A stretch of 64,000 bases of DNA from Candidatus Aminicenantes bacterium (lineage in GTDB: Bacteria > Acidobacteriota > Aminicenantia > Aminicenantales > UBA4085). Position 1 is the first letter of the stretch. Each line of letters starts with the position of its first letter. A model generated the notes under the pieces. The model was not told where the DNA came from, ran no database searches, and was given only the letters and a program-made list of their open reading frames with translations. This document shows, in pieces, positions 9,717 through 19,078 of the stretch. The DNA is taken from contig CAWKFB010000007.1 in NCBI GenBank assembly GCA_963848835.1, forward strand, positions 6,366 through 70,365, written 5' to 3'. The position numbers and the translations under genes were made by a program.

Positions 9717-10751
9717 CGAAATGCTCCTTGAGCTCCCCGGCCGGGATCGAGCGGATGATCGCCCGGCCGATCGCGCCTTTCAGGAGGACGAAGCGCACGG
9801 CATCACCGGCCCGTTTCTTGTCTTTGTCCATCGAGGAGAGGCGCGCGCCGCTGACCGGCCCGCGGACGTGGGAAGCCCGAGGGACCGGAGAAGCCGGATG
9901 AGCCGCGCGGCTTCGGTTTCGGGCAGAAGCCCCAGCCGGGCCGAGATCCGGGCGGCCGCGCACATCCCGACCGCGACCGCCTCGCCGTGGCGGAATCGCC
10001 CCTCTCTCTCCAGGGCGTGGCCGAAGGTATGCCCGAAGTTCAAGAGCCGGCGGGGGCCGGTTTCGAGCTCGTCGCGCTCGACGATCCGGGCTTTGAGGCG
10101 AAGCGATCGCTCGATGAGCCCGCGCGTCACGGCCGGATCCAGGGCCAGGGCTTTCCCGGCATGGCGCTCGAGGTCCCGGAACATGCCCGCGTCGGCGATG
10201 GCGGCGGATTTGACGATCTCGGCCAGTCCGTTGCGGACCTCGCGGCGCGGGAGCGTCTCGAGGAAGCCGGTGTCGATGAGGACGAGGTCCGGCTGTCGGA
10301 TCGTCCCGATCAGGTTCTTGAAGCGGTCGAGGTTGACGCCGTTCTTCCCTCCGAGGCAGGCGTCGGCCTGGGCCAGGAGCGTCGTCGGCACGATCACGAG
10401 CCGGAGCCCCCGCATGTAGAGGGCCGCGGCCAGGCCGGCCACGTCGCTCACGAGGCCGCCCCCCACGGCCGCGACGGTCGTCGTCCGGTCGGCCCCGGCG
10501 CGCAGGAGGCGCTTGAGCAGGTCATCCACCGCGGCGAGCGTTTTACGCCCTTCTCCCCGTCCGGCGAACAGCACGCGCCAGCCCGAGAAAAAGCTCCGGT
10601 GAAGGCCGAAGACGCGGCGGTCGGTGACCAGGATCGAGCCCGCCCGCGGGCAATGATCCTCGAGCCGGGCGGGCCCGTCGAGGAACGCGATCCGGGTGCG
10701 CGCGTCCGGCCTTCGGAGCCTCAATGGCCTCATTGGAGCCGCTCCCAACAT
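9703..10751 (-). CDS. aroB: 3-dehydroquinate synthase, frameshift near 9800-9850
   Basis: [44 protein letters not shown].., [21 protein letters not shown]. The C-terminus continues in the frame of ORF 9703..9963 ([25 protein letters not shown]). Confidence 0.75.
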
Positions 10752-11542
10752 TCTCGGACCGCCCGGACCTTCCGGACCAGGTTCCGGAACGGCTCGGGGG
10801 GCAGGGTCTGGGGCCGGTCGCTCACGGCTTCCTCCGGATGGACGTGCGCCTCGATGAGGAGTCCGTCCGAGCCGGCGGCGGCCGCGGCGAGCGACATGGG
10901 CTCGATCAGGCTCGCCCGTCCGGTCCCGTGGGCGGGATCGACGATGATCGGAAGATGGGAGAGCTCACGGATGGCGGGGACGGCGCTCAGGTCCAGCGTG
11001 TTCCGGGTGTAGACCTCGAACGTCCGGATGCCCCGCTCGCAGAGGATGACGCCGGAGTTGCCTCCGCTCAGGATGTATTCCGCGCTGTTGAGCCATTCTT
11101 CGAGGGTGGAGTTCATTCCCCGCTTGAGCAGGACCGGTCGGCTGCCTTTGCCGGCCTCCTTGAGCAGGGAGAAATTCTGGATGTTCCGCGCCCCGATCTG
11201 GATGACGTCGGCGAACTCGGAGACCCAGGGGACGTCGCGCGGGTCGAGCACCTCGGTCACGATGGGCAGCCCGGTCTCGCGGCGCGCCTTTTCGAGGATC
11301 TTCAGCCCGGCGAGCCCCAATCCCTGGAAGGAGTAGGGCGATGTCCGCGGCTTGAACGCGCCTCCGCGCAGGGCGTCCGCGCCGGCCTCCTTCACCATCC
11401 AGGCCGTGTCCAGGAGCTGCCGCTCGCTTTCGACGCTGCACGGGCCGGCGATCACGATGAACGACTCCCCGAACCTGAGGGAGCCGACGGGTATGACGGA
11501 TTTCGGGCGATCCGAACGGGCGAAAAGCTGGGGTTGTTCCAT
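10730..11542 (-). CDS. aroG: 3-deoxy-7-phosphoheptulonate (DAHP) synthase, type I-beta (KDO8PS-like)
   Basis: 270 aa: [92 protein letters not shown]. Confidence 0.85.
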   Translation of the reverse strand: MEQPQLFARSDRPKSVIPVGSLRFGESFIVIAGPCSVESERQLLDTAWMVKEAGADALRGGAFKPRTSPYSFQGLGLAGLKILEKARRETGLPIVTEVLDPRDVPWVSEFADVIQIGARNIQNFSLLKEAGKGSRPVLLKRGMNSTLEEWLNSAEYILSGGNSGVILCERGIRTFEVYTRNTLDLSAVPAIRELSHLPIIVDPAHGTGRASLIEPMSLAAAAAGSDGLLIEAHVHPEEAVSDRPQTLPPEPFRNLVRKVRAVRECWERLQ

Positions 11543-12010
11543 TGCGCCTCCTAGCGTCAGAGCTTTCCCTTGGAAAAAAGGAGAGGAAGGGAGGACGGTG
11601 GTTTATCGGGCTTGGGGCCCGAAATAATAATAATAGAGCGCGGAGGCGCTGCTCGGAGAGACCGGCCGACGCGTCGGCTCGACCGCCTGACCGGCTTTTC
11701 GAAGCAGCATGCGCGCAGATTACAGAAAGCGCTTCGGGATGTCAAGGGTGAAATTCATTTGAAATTCCTCTCGGGCGGGATTTTTTCCGCTGGCGAAAAG
11801 GGAAAAGCCGGGCCGTCCGTTTGGTTTCCGGATCGACCGCGCTCCGGATTTGACATCGTTTTGCCTCGATTTCGAGGCCTTAAAGCGCAATCGTGGAAAG
11901 GATTATTAGTCTCATGGCTTTCCCTCATTCCGCCGCCGGCTCCGGTTGGCATGCCGATTGCATTATCGATGCGGGTGAGGCGTCCTATTCGTGGCGCCAA
12001 AGGAGAAGAC

Positions 12011-12610
12011 ATGAAGATCAAAGCTGTCGTCATCGCGGCGCTCCTGCTCCTGGCCCCCCTCTCGGCCGGCGCGTCGATCGGGGTCAAGGCCGGATTCAAC
12101 TTCGCCAACGTCACGAACGCCTCGTCGATCAACGCATCGAGCCAGACCGGTTTCATGGCCGGCGTTTTCATGGGCCCGCCGAGCGGAGTCTTGCTGGGCT
12201 TCCAATCGGAATTGGTCTTCTCGCGCCAGGGCTACGATTTCAAGACGAACCAGACGACGGGCTCGGTGAAGCTGGACTATCTCCTCTTGCCCCAGCTGCT
12301 CACCCTCAACTTCGCGAATATCGTCCGAGCCCAGGCGGGATTCCAGCTCTCTTATCTATTGAAGGCCAAAGTCGAGGGGGCCGCGACGGGCGACCCGGAG
12401 ACGGACAAGCTTCTGGACCTCTTCAATCGTCTGGACTACGGATTGGCCGGCGGCGTGGAGGTCTCTCCGTTCATGGGATTCCTGGTCGGGGCGAGGATCA
12501 ATATCAGCTTCGGGAAGCTTTATAAGGAGGTCGCCGAACCGCCCTCTTTCTTCCCCAGCGTCAACGCCAAGAACAACGTGTTTCAGATCTACGGCGGATA
12601 CCGGTTCTGA
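12011..12610 (+). CDS. outer-membrane beta-barrel protein (OmpA/porin-family-like)
   Basis: RBS AAAGGAGAAGAC before the ATG, signal peptide MKIKAVVIAALLLLAPLSAGA, alternating beta-strand pattern, C-terminal ..IYGGYRF (terminal Phe). Confidence 0.7.
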   Translation: MKIKAVVIAALLLLAPLSAGASIGVKAGFNFANVTNASSINASSQTGFMAGVFMGPPSGVLLGFQSELVFSRQGYDFKTNQTTGSVKLDYLLLPQLLTLNFANIVRAQAGFQLSYLLKAKVEGAATGDPETDKLLDLFNRLDYGLAGGVEVSPFMGFLVGARINISFGKLYKEVAEPPSFFPSVNAKNNVFQIYGGYRF

Positions 12611-12650
12611 GGCCGGCGAGCGTCGGGAGGCCTCGGCCCGGCCCCGATCG

Positions 12651-13970
12651 TCACCGCGATCGCGAAGATCGAGGGGGACCGTCCGCTCCGAGCCGGTCGA
12701 GCTTGTCGAGCAGGACTGCGGACAGGACCCGGACGCCGACGGCGATGCCGTCCTCGTCGGCCGTGAACAAAGGCGAATGCAAGGTGGCCGTCGATCCCTT
12801 GGGCTCGACGCCCAGGTAGAGCATGGCCGCCGGCATCTCCCGGCCGAAATAGCTGAAGTCCTCGCCGCCCATGCCGGGGGCGTCCCGGACGACGTTTGCC
12901 TTGCCGAGCAGCCGCTCGGCCACGGCGACCGCCTCCATCGTCAGGGCGGGATCATTGTACGTCGCCGGAGTGCCGAAGGAATACTCGAGCGTATATTTCG
13001 CCCCCGAGGCCTCGCAGATGTTGGCGATCGTCCGCTCGATCTTCTCCCGGACGACCTTGCGCTGGTCGTCGCCGAAGGTCCGGACGGTCGCTTTGAGGTC
13101 GGCCCGCTCGGGGATGATGTTGCTGACCGTCCCGGCGTGAAACGAGCCCACCGTGATCACGGTGTCGTCATGGACGTCGATCTGCCGCGCCACAAGCACC
13201 TGGAGGGCGACGACGATCTGGGAGGCGACGACGATCGGATCGACGCAGATGTTGGGATGGGCCCCGTGGCCGCCTTCGGACAGGACCGAGAGCGCGGCCG
13301 AGTCCACGTTGGCCATGGCGTAGCCCGGGACGTACTTGATGACCCCGGCCGGGGCCGAGTCGTCCACATGGACGCCGAACATCGCGGCGGGTTTGATGTC
13401 CCGGAAGACGCCCTCCCGGATCATCCGGGCCGCGCCGCCGACGGATTCCTCGGCCGGCTGGGCGATGAAGAGGACGGTCCCGGCGATCTCCGGCCGGAGG
13501 CGCGACAGAACGGTCGCGACGCCCATCAGGACGGTCGTGTGGATGTCGTGGCCGCAGGCGTGCATGACGCCCGTCTCCCTGCCGCCGAGGACGGCCCGGA
13601 CGGTCGAGGCGAAGGGCAGGCCCGTGTCTTCGGTGATGGGCAGGGCGTCCATATCGCCGCGCAGCCCGACGACCGGTCCCGGCTTGCCTCCCCGTAGGAT
13701 TCCGAGGACGCCCGTTCCCGCGATTCCCGTCCGAACCTCGAGGCCGAGGGCCTTGAACCGGTCGGCGACGAGGGCGGCCGTGCGCGTCTCCTGCGTCGAC
13801 AGCTCGGGATGGGCGTGGATGTCGCGGCGGACGGCGATGAGCTCAGGACCGATCTCCTGGACGATGGCGGAGATCCGCCGGTCGGCGTCGCGGACCTGGG
13901 CCGGGTTTGCCGCCGCCGCGCCGAAGATCAGAAGGGACGCGGCCGCGGCCGAGAGGGCGTTCTTGTTCAT
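12651..13970 (-). CDS. M20 family amidohydrolase/peptidase (hippurate-hydrolase-like), secreted
   Basis: Signal peptide, then metal ligands HAHPELS, DMDALP, HACGHD and E..GGHGAHP. ~439 aa. Confidence 0.8.
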   Translation of the reverse strand: MNKNALSAAAASLLIFGAAAANPAQVRDADRRISAIVQEIGPELIAVRRDIHAHPELSTQETRTAALVADRFKALGLEVRTGIAGTGVLGILRGGKPGPVVGLRGDMDALPITEDTGLPFASTVRAVLGGRETGVMHACGHDIHTTVLMGVATVLSRLRPEIAGTVLFIAQPAEESVGGAARMIREGVFRDIKPAAMFGVHVDDSAPAGVIKYVPGYAMANVDSAALSVLSEGGHGAHPNICVDPIVVASQIVVALQVLVARQIDVHDDTVITVGSFHAGTVSNIIPERADLKATVRTFGDDQRKVVREKIERTIANICEASGAKYTLEYSFGTPATYNDPALTMEAVAVAERLLGKANVVRDAPGMGGEDFSYFGREMPAAMLYLGVEPKGSTATLHSPLFTADEDGIAVGVRVLSAVLLDKLDRLGADGPPRSSRSR

Positions 13971-13974
13971 AGCC

Positions 13975-15039
13975 TCACCTCAAGCCGATCTCGAGGAGGA
14001 CCGGATTGTGGTCGGAGAATCTGAAGTCGAGCGGCTGGGTTTTCACTTCGAGGACCTGGACGTTGGGCGAGAGGATGAAGAAATCGATGACCGTCGCCTT
14101 CGTCGCGCCGGGCCGGAGCGGGGCGCCGACGTCCCGGTTGGATGGCGAGCGGAGATCATAAGCGACCGTCCAGCCGGCCGGGAACAGCGCGTCGCTCATC
14201 GCCTCGGTCGCCTGGGCCGGGAACGGGCCTCCCAGGGCCTTGGGGTCGAAGCCGGGCGGATTCTGGTTCCAGTCGCCGCCGGCGACGACGTAGTTGCCCT
14301 TCTCGAATTCCCGTACCATCAAGTCGCGGATGAGGGGCATCTCGACCTGGCGGAGCGCGCCGCCCGGATCGTAGGCCGAGTTGTGATTGTTGAGGAGGAC
14401 GAGGTCTTTTCCACCCGCGGTCTTGAACCGGGAGAGGAGGAAGCAGCGGTCGAGCATGAAGAGCTGCTTGGGCCAGCTATAGGCGGAATGGTAAGCATAC
14501 CGCTCCGCCGAGACCGGGACGGACTTGGACAAGGTCATCTGGCCGGCCTCGATCCGGCCGAGCGGATTCAGGAACGGGACGGGATTGAACCGGACCAGGT
14601 AGTTGACCCCGAAGGAATTCGCGAACCCCCGGAGAGTGGCTTCAATGATCTCCGTCTCGTCCCGCTTCCCCGTCCGGGCGGAGCGTTTGTCCACTTCCTG
14701 GAGGATGATGAAATCCGCGCCGGCCGAGGCCCGCAGATGGTCCAGGATCCCGGCGATGAATGTGTCGGCCTGCGCCGGGGTCGGGCGGACCATCTTGCCG
14801 CCGTCGTAGAAGAAATCCATGTCCGCACCCAGGCCGCCGTAGCCGATGTTCCAGGACAGGACGGTCAGCTCGGAGCCGAGGAGCTCGCCTGAAGCGCCGT
14901 TGGCCCGGACGTCGAGAGGGACGATGTCCGGGGGCCGGAAGTCCGTCACCGTCGCCAGCCCGATCACCGCGCCGAGGTAGAGACCCGCGATCAGGACCGC
15001 CGCCCCGATGAGCTTGAAGAGGAGCTTCAGGATCTTCAT
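13975..15039 (-). CDS. endonuclease/exonuclease/phosphatase (EEP) family protein, membrane-anchored
   Basis: N-terminal TM MKILKLLFKLIGAAVLIAGLYL; LSWNIGYGG.. and ..FSDHNPVLLEI catalytic-end motifs typical of the EEP fold. Confidence 0.75.
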   Translation of the reverse strand: MKILKLLFKLIGAAVLIAGLYLGAVIGLATVTDFRPPDIVPLDVRANGASGELLGSELTVLSWNIGYGGLGADMDFFYDGGKMVRPTPAQADTFIAGILDHLRASAGADFIILQEVDKRSARTGKRDETEIIEATLRGFANSFGVNYLVRFNPVPFLNPLGRIEAGQMTLSKSVPVSAERYAYHSAYSWPKQLFMLDRCFLLSRFKTAGGKDLVLLNNHNSAYDPGGALRQVEMPLIRDLMVREFEKGNYVVAGGDWNQNPPGFDPKALGGPFPAQATEAMSDALFPAGWTVAYDLRSPSNRDVGAPLRPGATKATVIDFFILSPNVQVLEVKTQPLDFRFSDHNPVLLEIGLR

Positions 15040-15158
15040 GGCAACCGGATTATATGGGAATCGGGAGCGGGGAATCAATTTGCCGGCGGGGCCGGCCCTC
15101 GGAAACCGCTTGACATGAATTTCCGGGCGGGGATAAAACCATTCCAGGAGGATGCGAT

Positions 15159-17183
15159 ATGGTCATGAAAAAAACGGCCCCCGGGTCGTCTTTCCGGCTC
15201 GGCGCGTTGGCCCCGATCCTTTTCGTCCTCGGCCTCGGCTTCTGTTCGGGCGGGGGCGGCGCGCCTTCCGTCGGCGCGAGGGTCCTGGGCGTCGAGGAGC
15301 TCAGCCGGCTCGACCTCCTGCCCCGGCTCAAACAATCGGTCAAGGTCGGGCTCGTCTCGAGCTACGACCGGAAGGGCGGCAACGACGACGGATTCTCGGG
15401 AGCCTATTCCTTCGTCCGCAAGGAGCCCGGCGGCCTGGTCCTGGCCGATATTGCCGGGCCTGGCATCATCACCCGGATCCACACGCCGACGCCGACGGAC
15501 GATCTCATCGAGTTCTATTTCGACGGCGAGAGCACGCCCCGGATCAGCCTCAAGTTGACCGATCTCTATGCTGGGACGCATGCGCCGTTCCTCGCTCCTC
15601 TCGCCGTGACGGGCGCCGGCGGCTATACGTCTTACGTTCCGCTGACATTCCGAAAGTCCTGCAAGATCCTCCTCCGGGCGGAGACCTTCATGTTCTACGA
15701 CATCAATTACGCCCAATATCCCCCGGACACCGACCTGCCGACGTTCGAAAACCCGCCCTCCCCGGAATTCCGGCGCCATCTCGACGCCGCGGCGAAGCTT
15801 TTTGCCCGGACGGGGACGGATATCAGCGAGGCGCTCGTTCCGGCCGGGACGCCCGTCTCCCGGACCCCGGTCCAAGGGTCTCTGGCGCCGGGAGGATCGC
15901 TGACCCTCTTCAAATCGTCCCGCCCCGGCCGGATCCTCGGTCTCAAGCTCGGGCCCGCTTCCGCCTTTGCCGGAACGGAGCGCGACGTTCTGATCCGCAT
16001 CTTCTGGGACGGGGCGGCCGAGCCGGCCGTCAGCTGCCCGGTGGGCGATTTTTTCGGCTACAGCTTCGGCGATCCCGCCGTTCGCTCCCTCCTCCTCGGC
16101 ACGGACGAAGATACGAACTATGTCTATCTTCCCATGCCGTTCGCCCGCTCGGCCCGGGTCGAGCTCGTTTCCGAAAGGACGGCGGGTCCTCCGATCGGCG
16201 TTCGGGCCGAGATCGTCCACGCCCCGCTCGGCAAGGCCGCCGACGAAGGCCGCTTCTACGCCCTCTGGCGGCGCGAGAATCCCTGCACCCCCGGCGTCCC
16301 GTATACGTATCTCCGGACGACCGGACGGGGGCACGTGGTCGGCGTCATCCTCCAGGCCCAAGGCCTCGAGTCCGGCAGCACGCCCTTCTTCGAGGGCGAC
16401 GACCGGGCCGAGATCGACGGCGAGATGGCGATCTTCGGAACGGGCTCCGAAGACTCGTTCAACGGAGGATATTACGACATCCCCGGCCGCTGGGAGACGC
16501 GGACCTCCCTCCCGCTCAGCGGCTGTCTCGATTACAAAAAGCCGCTGGCCCGGACGGGAGGCTATCGCTTTATGATCACGGACGCGTACGCCTACGCCAA
16601 GAGCATCGATTACACGATCGAGCACGGACCGGAGGGGAACGCGATCCCGACGGATTATGCGAGCGTCGTCTTTCTCTATTCGGAGGAACCGCCGCCGCCC
16701 GCCGCCCCTCTTCTCCCGGCGGCGGCTCGAAGGGTCGCGAGTCTCGACCGGATCGTTTTTGTCCCGGGCTGGAACGTTCCCATCCGCACGACCTCGCTCC
16801 GCAACGCGAGCTGGACGAAGGCGGCCGAGCGTGTGGGGAAGGATGACGTCCGCTATTTCTCAATGAAGACTTCGGGTCCCTTCCGCTACGGCCATCATGT
16901 CTCGTTCATCTGCGATCTTCCGGCCGCGGGGCGCTACAGGATTTCGGTCAAGGCGGTCCTGGGCCCCGACCAAGGAATCTTGAGGCTCTTCGAACGGGAT
17001 TGTCCGGCCGGGGAGCCGGCGAACCTCTACGCGGCGGCGCGGTCGCTGAGCGAAGCCCTTCCGTTGGGTGTGTTCGAAATGCGCCGCGGCGAGAATCTCC
17101 TTTATCTTCATCTCACGGGCGCCGATCCGCGGTCCAAGGGGATCGGGTTCGACCTCGTCGAGATCATTTTCGAAAAGACGTGA
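15159..17183 (+). CDS. DUF2961 (GH172-like) family lipoprotein
   Basis: Lipobox LGLGFCSGG and a 674 aa beta-rich protein with DUF2961-like blocks (FYDINYAQY, GEMAIFGTGSEDSFNGGYY). RBS CAGGAGGA 6 nt upstream, and a TTGACA -35 at 15107. Confidence 0.65.
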   Translation: MVMKKTAPGSSFRLGALAPILFVLGLGFCSGGGGAPSVGARVLGVEELSRLDLLPRLKQSVKVGLVSSYDRKGGNDDGFSGAYSFVRKEPGGLVLADIAGPGIITRIHTPTPTDDLIEFYFDGESTPRISLKLTDLYAGTHAPFLAPLAVTGAGGYTSYVPLTFRKSCKILLRAETFMFYDINYAQYPPDTDLPTFENPPSPEFRRHLDAAAKLFARTGTDISEALVPAGTPVSRTPVQGSLAPGGSLTLFKSSRPGRILGLKLGPASAFAGTERDVLIRIFWDGAAEPAVSCPVGDFFGYSFGDPAVRSLLLGTDEDTNYVYLPMPFARSARVELVSERTAGPPIGVRAEIVHAPLGKAADEGRFYALWRRENPCTPGVPYTYLRTTGRGHVVGVILQAQGLESGSTPFFEGDDRAEIDGEMAIFGTGSEDSFNGGYYDIPGRWETRTSLPLSGCLDYKKPLARTGGYRFMITDAYAYAKSIDYTIEHGPEGNAIPTDYASVVFLYSEEPPPPAAPLLPAAARRVASLDRIVFVPGWNVPIRTTSLRNASWTKAAERVGKDDVRYFSMKTSGPFRYGHHVSFICDLPAAGRYRISVKAVLGPDQGILRLFERDCPAGEPANLYAAARSLSEALPLGVFEMRRGENLLYLHLTGADPRSKGIGFDLVEIIFEKT

Positions 17184-17224
17184 AGGATCCGTCTTAGTTT
17201 ATAATCCTCCCGAAAGGAGCGCCG

Positions 17225-18114
17225 TGGTCCCGCTCGTCATCCAAGGCCTATCGAAGCGTTTCGGCCCGATCCGCGCCCTCGACGGCGTGAGCTTCTCGGT
17301 CGAGGCGGGAGAGGTCTTCGGCTATCTCGGGCCGAACGGGGCGGGCAAGACGACGACCCTGCGCATCGTCCTCGGCCTCATCCATGCCGGGGCCGGCTCC
17401 GTCCGCGTTTTCGGGCAGGATCCCAAGGAGGTCCGTTCGCGTCTCGACGTCGGATACCTTCCCGGCGAGGTCCGGCTCTACGGCGACATGAGCGGCGACG
17501 CGATCCTCGACCACTTCGCCGGCTTCCGGCCCGCCAAGCCCCCGCGCCTTCGAGCGACGCTCGTCGAAGCCCTCGGCCTGGTCCCCTCGGACCTGGGGAG
17601 GCCGGCCAAGTTCCTCTCCCACGGAACCCGGCAGAAGATCGGCCTCGTCGCGGCCATGCAGCACGATCCCTCCCTCCTCCTCCTCGACGAGCCCACGACG
17701 GGACTCGATCCCCTCGTCCAGTCGGCCTTTCGCGCCCTGATCCACGGTTTCGCCTCGCGCGGCCGCGCCGTTCTGTTTTCGTCCCATGTCCTGTCCGAGG
17801 TCGAATCCGTATGCGCCCGGGTCGCGATCCTGCGTCAAGGGAAGATCGTGACGGTCGATACGATCGAAGACCTTCGGGCCCGGACGCTGCGGAGACTCGA
17901 AGTCCGGTTCAAGGGAACCGCGCCGTCCGGTCTGGATTCCGTTCCGGGGATCGCCCGGGCGGAAATCCAGGGCTCCACGGCCTTGTTGTGGGTCCGCGGG
18001 GACGTCAATCCCGTCCTCCGCCGCATCGCCCAGGCCGATGTCGAGCGCTTCGTCTTTCCCGAGGCCGAGCTCGAGGACATCTTCCTGGCTTTCTACGAAA
18101 AAGGGGCCGCCTGA
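17225..18114 (+). CDS. ABC transporter ATP-binding protein
   Basis: Walker A GPNGAGKTT, signature LSHGTRQKIGL, Walker B LLLLDEPTTGLD, H-loop. GTG start after AAAGGAG. Confidence 0.8.
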
Positions 18115-18127
18115 CGCCGGGCCCGCC

Positions 18128-18925
18128 ATGAAGAACCTCTGGAAGCGCCTGCTCGGCCGCCGGTGGACCTTCCTCGCGGTTTCGACGGCCGTCTTCGCCG
18201 GGTTCGAATTCCTGATCTGCGCCGTCGTCGCGGGCATCGACCTTCCCGCCTTGTTCGCCGAGGTTTCGAAGAATTTCCCGCCGGCGATGAAGGGCCTCAT
18301 CGAGCAGTACATCGGCGGCTTCGGACCCGCGGACCTCCTTGCGTTCGCCTGGAATCATCCGGTGGTCCTGGCCGCCGGCGGCGCCGTCGCGATCGTTCTC
18401 GCCTCACAGGCCGTCGCCGGAGGGATCGAAGAGGGGACGCTCGAGCTCGTCCTCGGCCAGCCCATCTCCCGCGGCCGGTACTTCGCCGCTCATGCCGCCT
18501 TCGCCGGGGCGGCGCTCGCGGCGATGAGCCTGGCCGGTGTGGGGGCGATGATCCTCGGCCAGCGCGTCTACCATCTCAGAGCCGTCGGCGCCGCCTCCAT
18601 CCTCCTCATGGCCGCGAGCTTCTTCCTCCTCCAGCTGACATGGTTCGCCGTGACCCTGTTCCTCTCGGCGTTCGGCCGGACGGCCGGCCGGGTGTCCTTC
18701 GCCGGCTTCCTGCTGGCCCTCCTGTCCTATCTGGCCCACACTGTCGGCCAGCTCTGGCCCAAGGCCGCCTTTCTCGTGCGATATTCCGTGAACGGATATC
18801 ACGACCCCCGGTCCATCGCGAGATCGGGGGGGATCCCCGCCGGTTCGATCGCCCTCTTTTTCCTTCTGATCGCCGTTTTCCTGGCCTTGGCGCTCTGGAA
18901 ATTCGAGCGCCGGGACATTCCCTGA
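18128..18925 (+). CDS. ABC-2 type transporter permease
   Basis: Six predicted TM helices, immediately downstream of the ATPase. Confidence 0.7.
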   Translation: MKNLWKRLLGRRWTFLAVSTAVFAGFEFLICAVVAGIDLPALFAEVSKNFPPAMKGLIEQYIGGFGPADLLAFAWNHPVVLAAGGAVAIVLASQAVAGGIEEGTLELVLGQPISRGRYFAAHAAFAGAALAAMSLAGVGAMILGQRVYHLRAVGAASILLMAASFFLLQLTWFAVTLFLSAFGRTAGRVSFAGFLLALLSYLAHTVGQLWPKAAFLVRYSVNGYHDPRSIARSGGIPAGSIALFFLLIAVFLALALWKFERRDIP

Positions 18926-19078
18926 GCCGGCCTGCCCCGCCGTCCCGCCACGGATCGATTCGAGGCGGTTGGCTAGGCGCGGCCGCCCCGCCGTGCTACA
19001 ATGCGCCGATCCGACAATGGTAAAGGCGAAGCCGAGGAATCGGGCGGCCCGGGCCGCCGCCGTCTCGGAGACGCGTCC

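Noticed and set aside
12777-13697. 306 aa plus-strand ORF
   Set aside because: Antisense to the M20 peptidase gene.
15075-16625. 516 aa minus-strand ORF
   Set aside because: Antisense to the DUF2961 gene.
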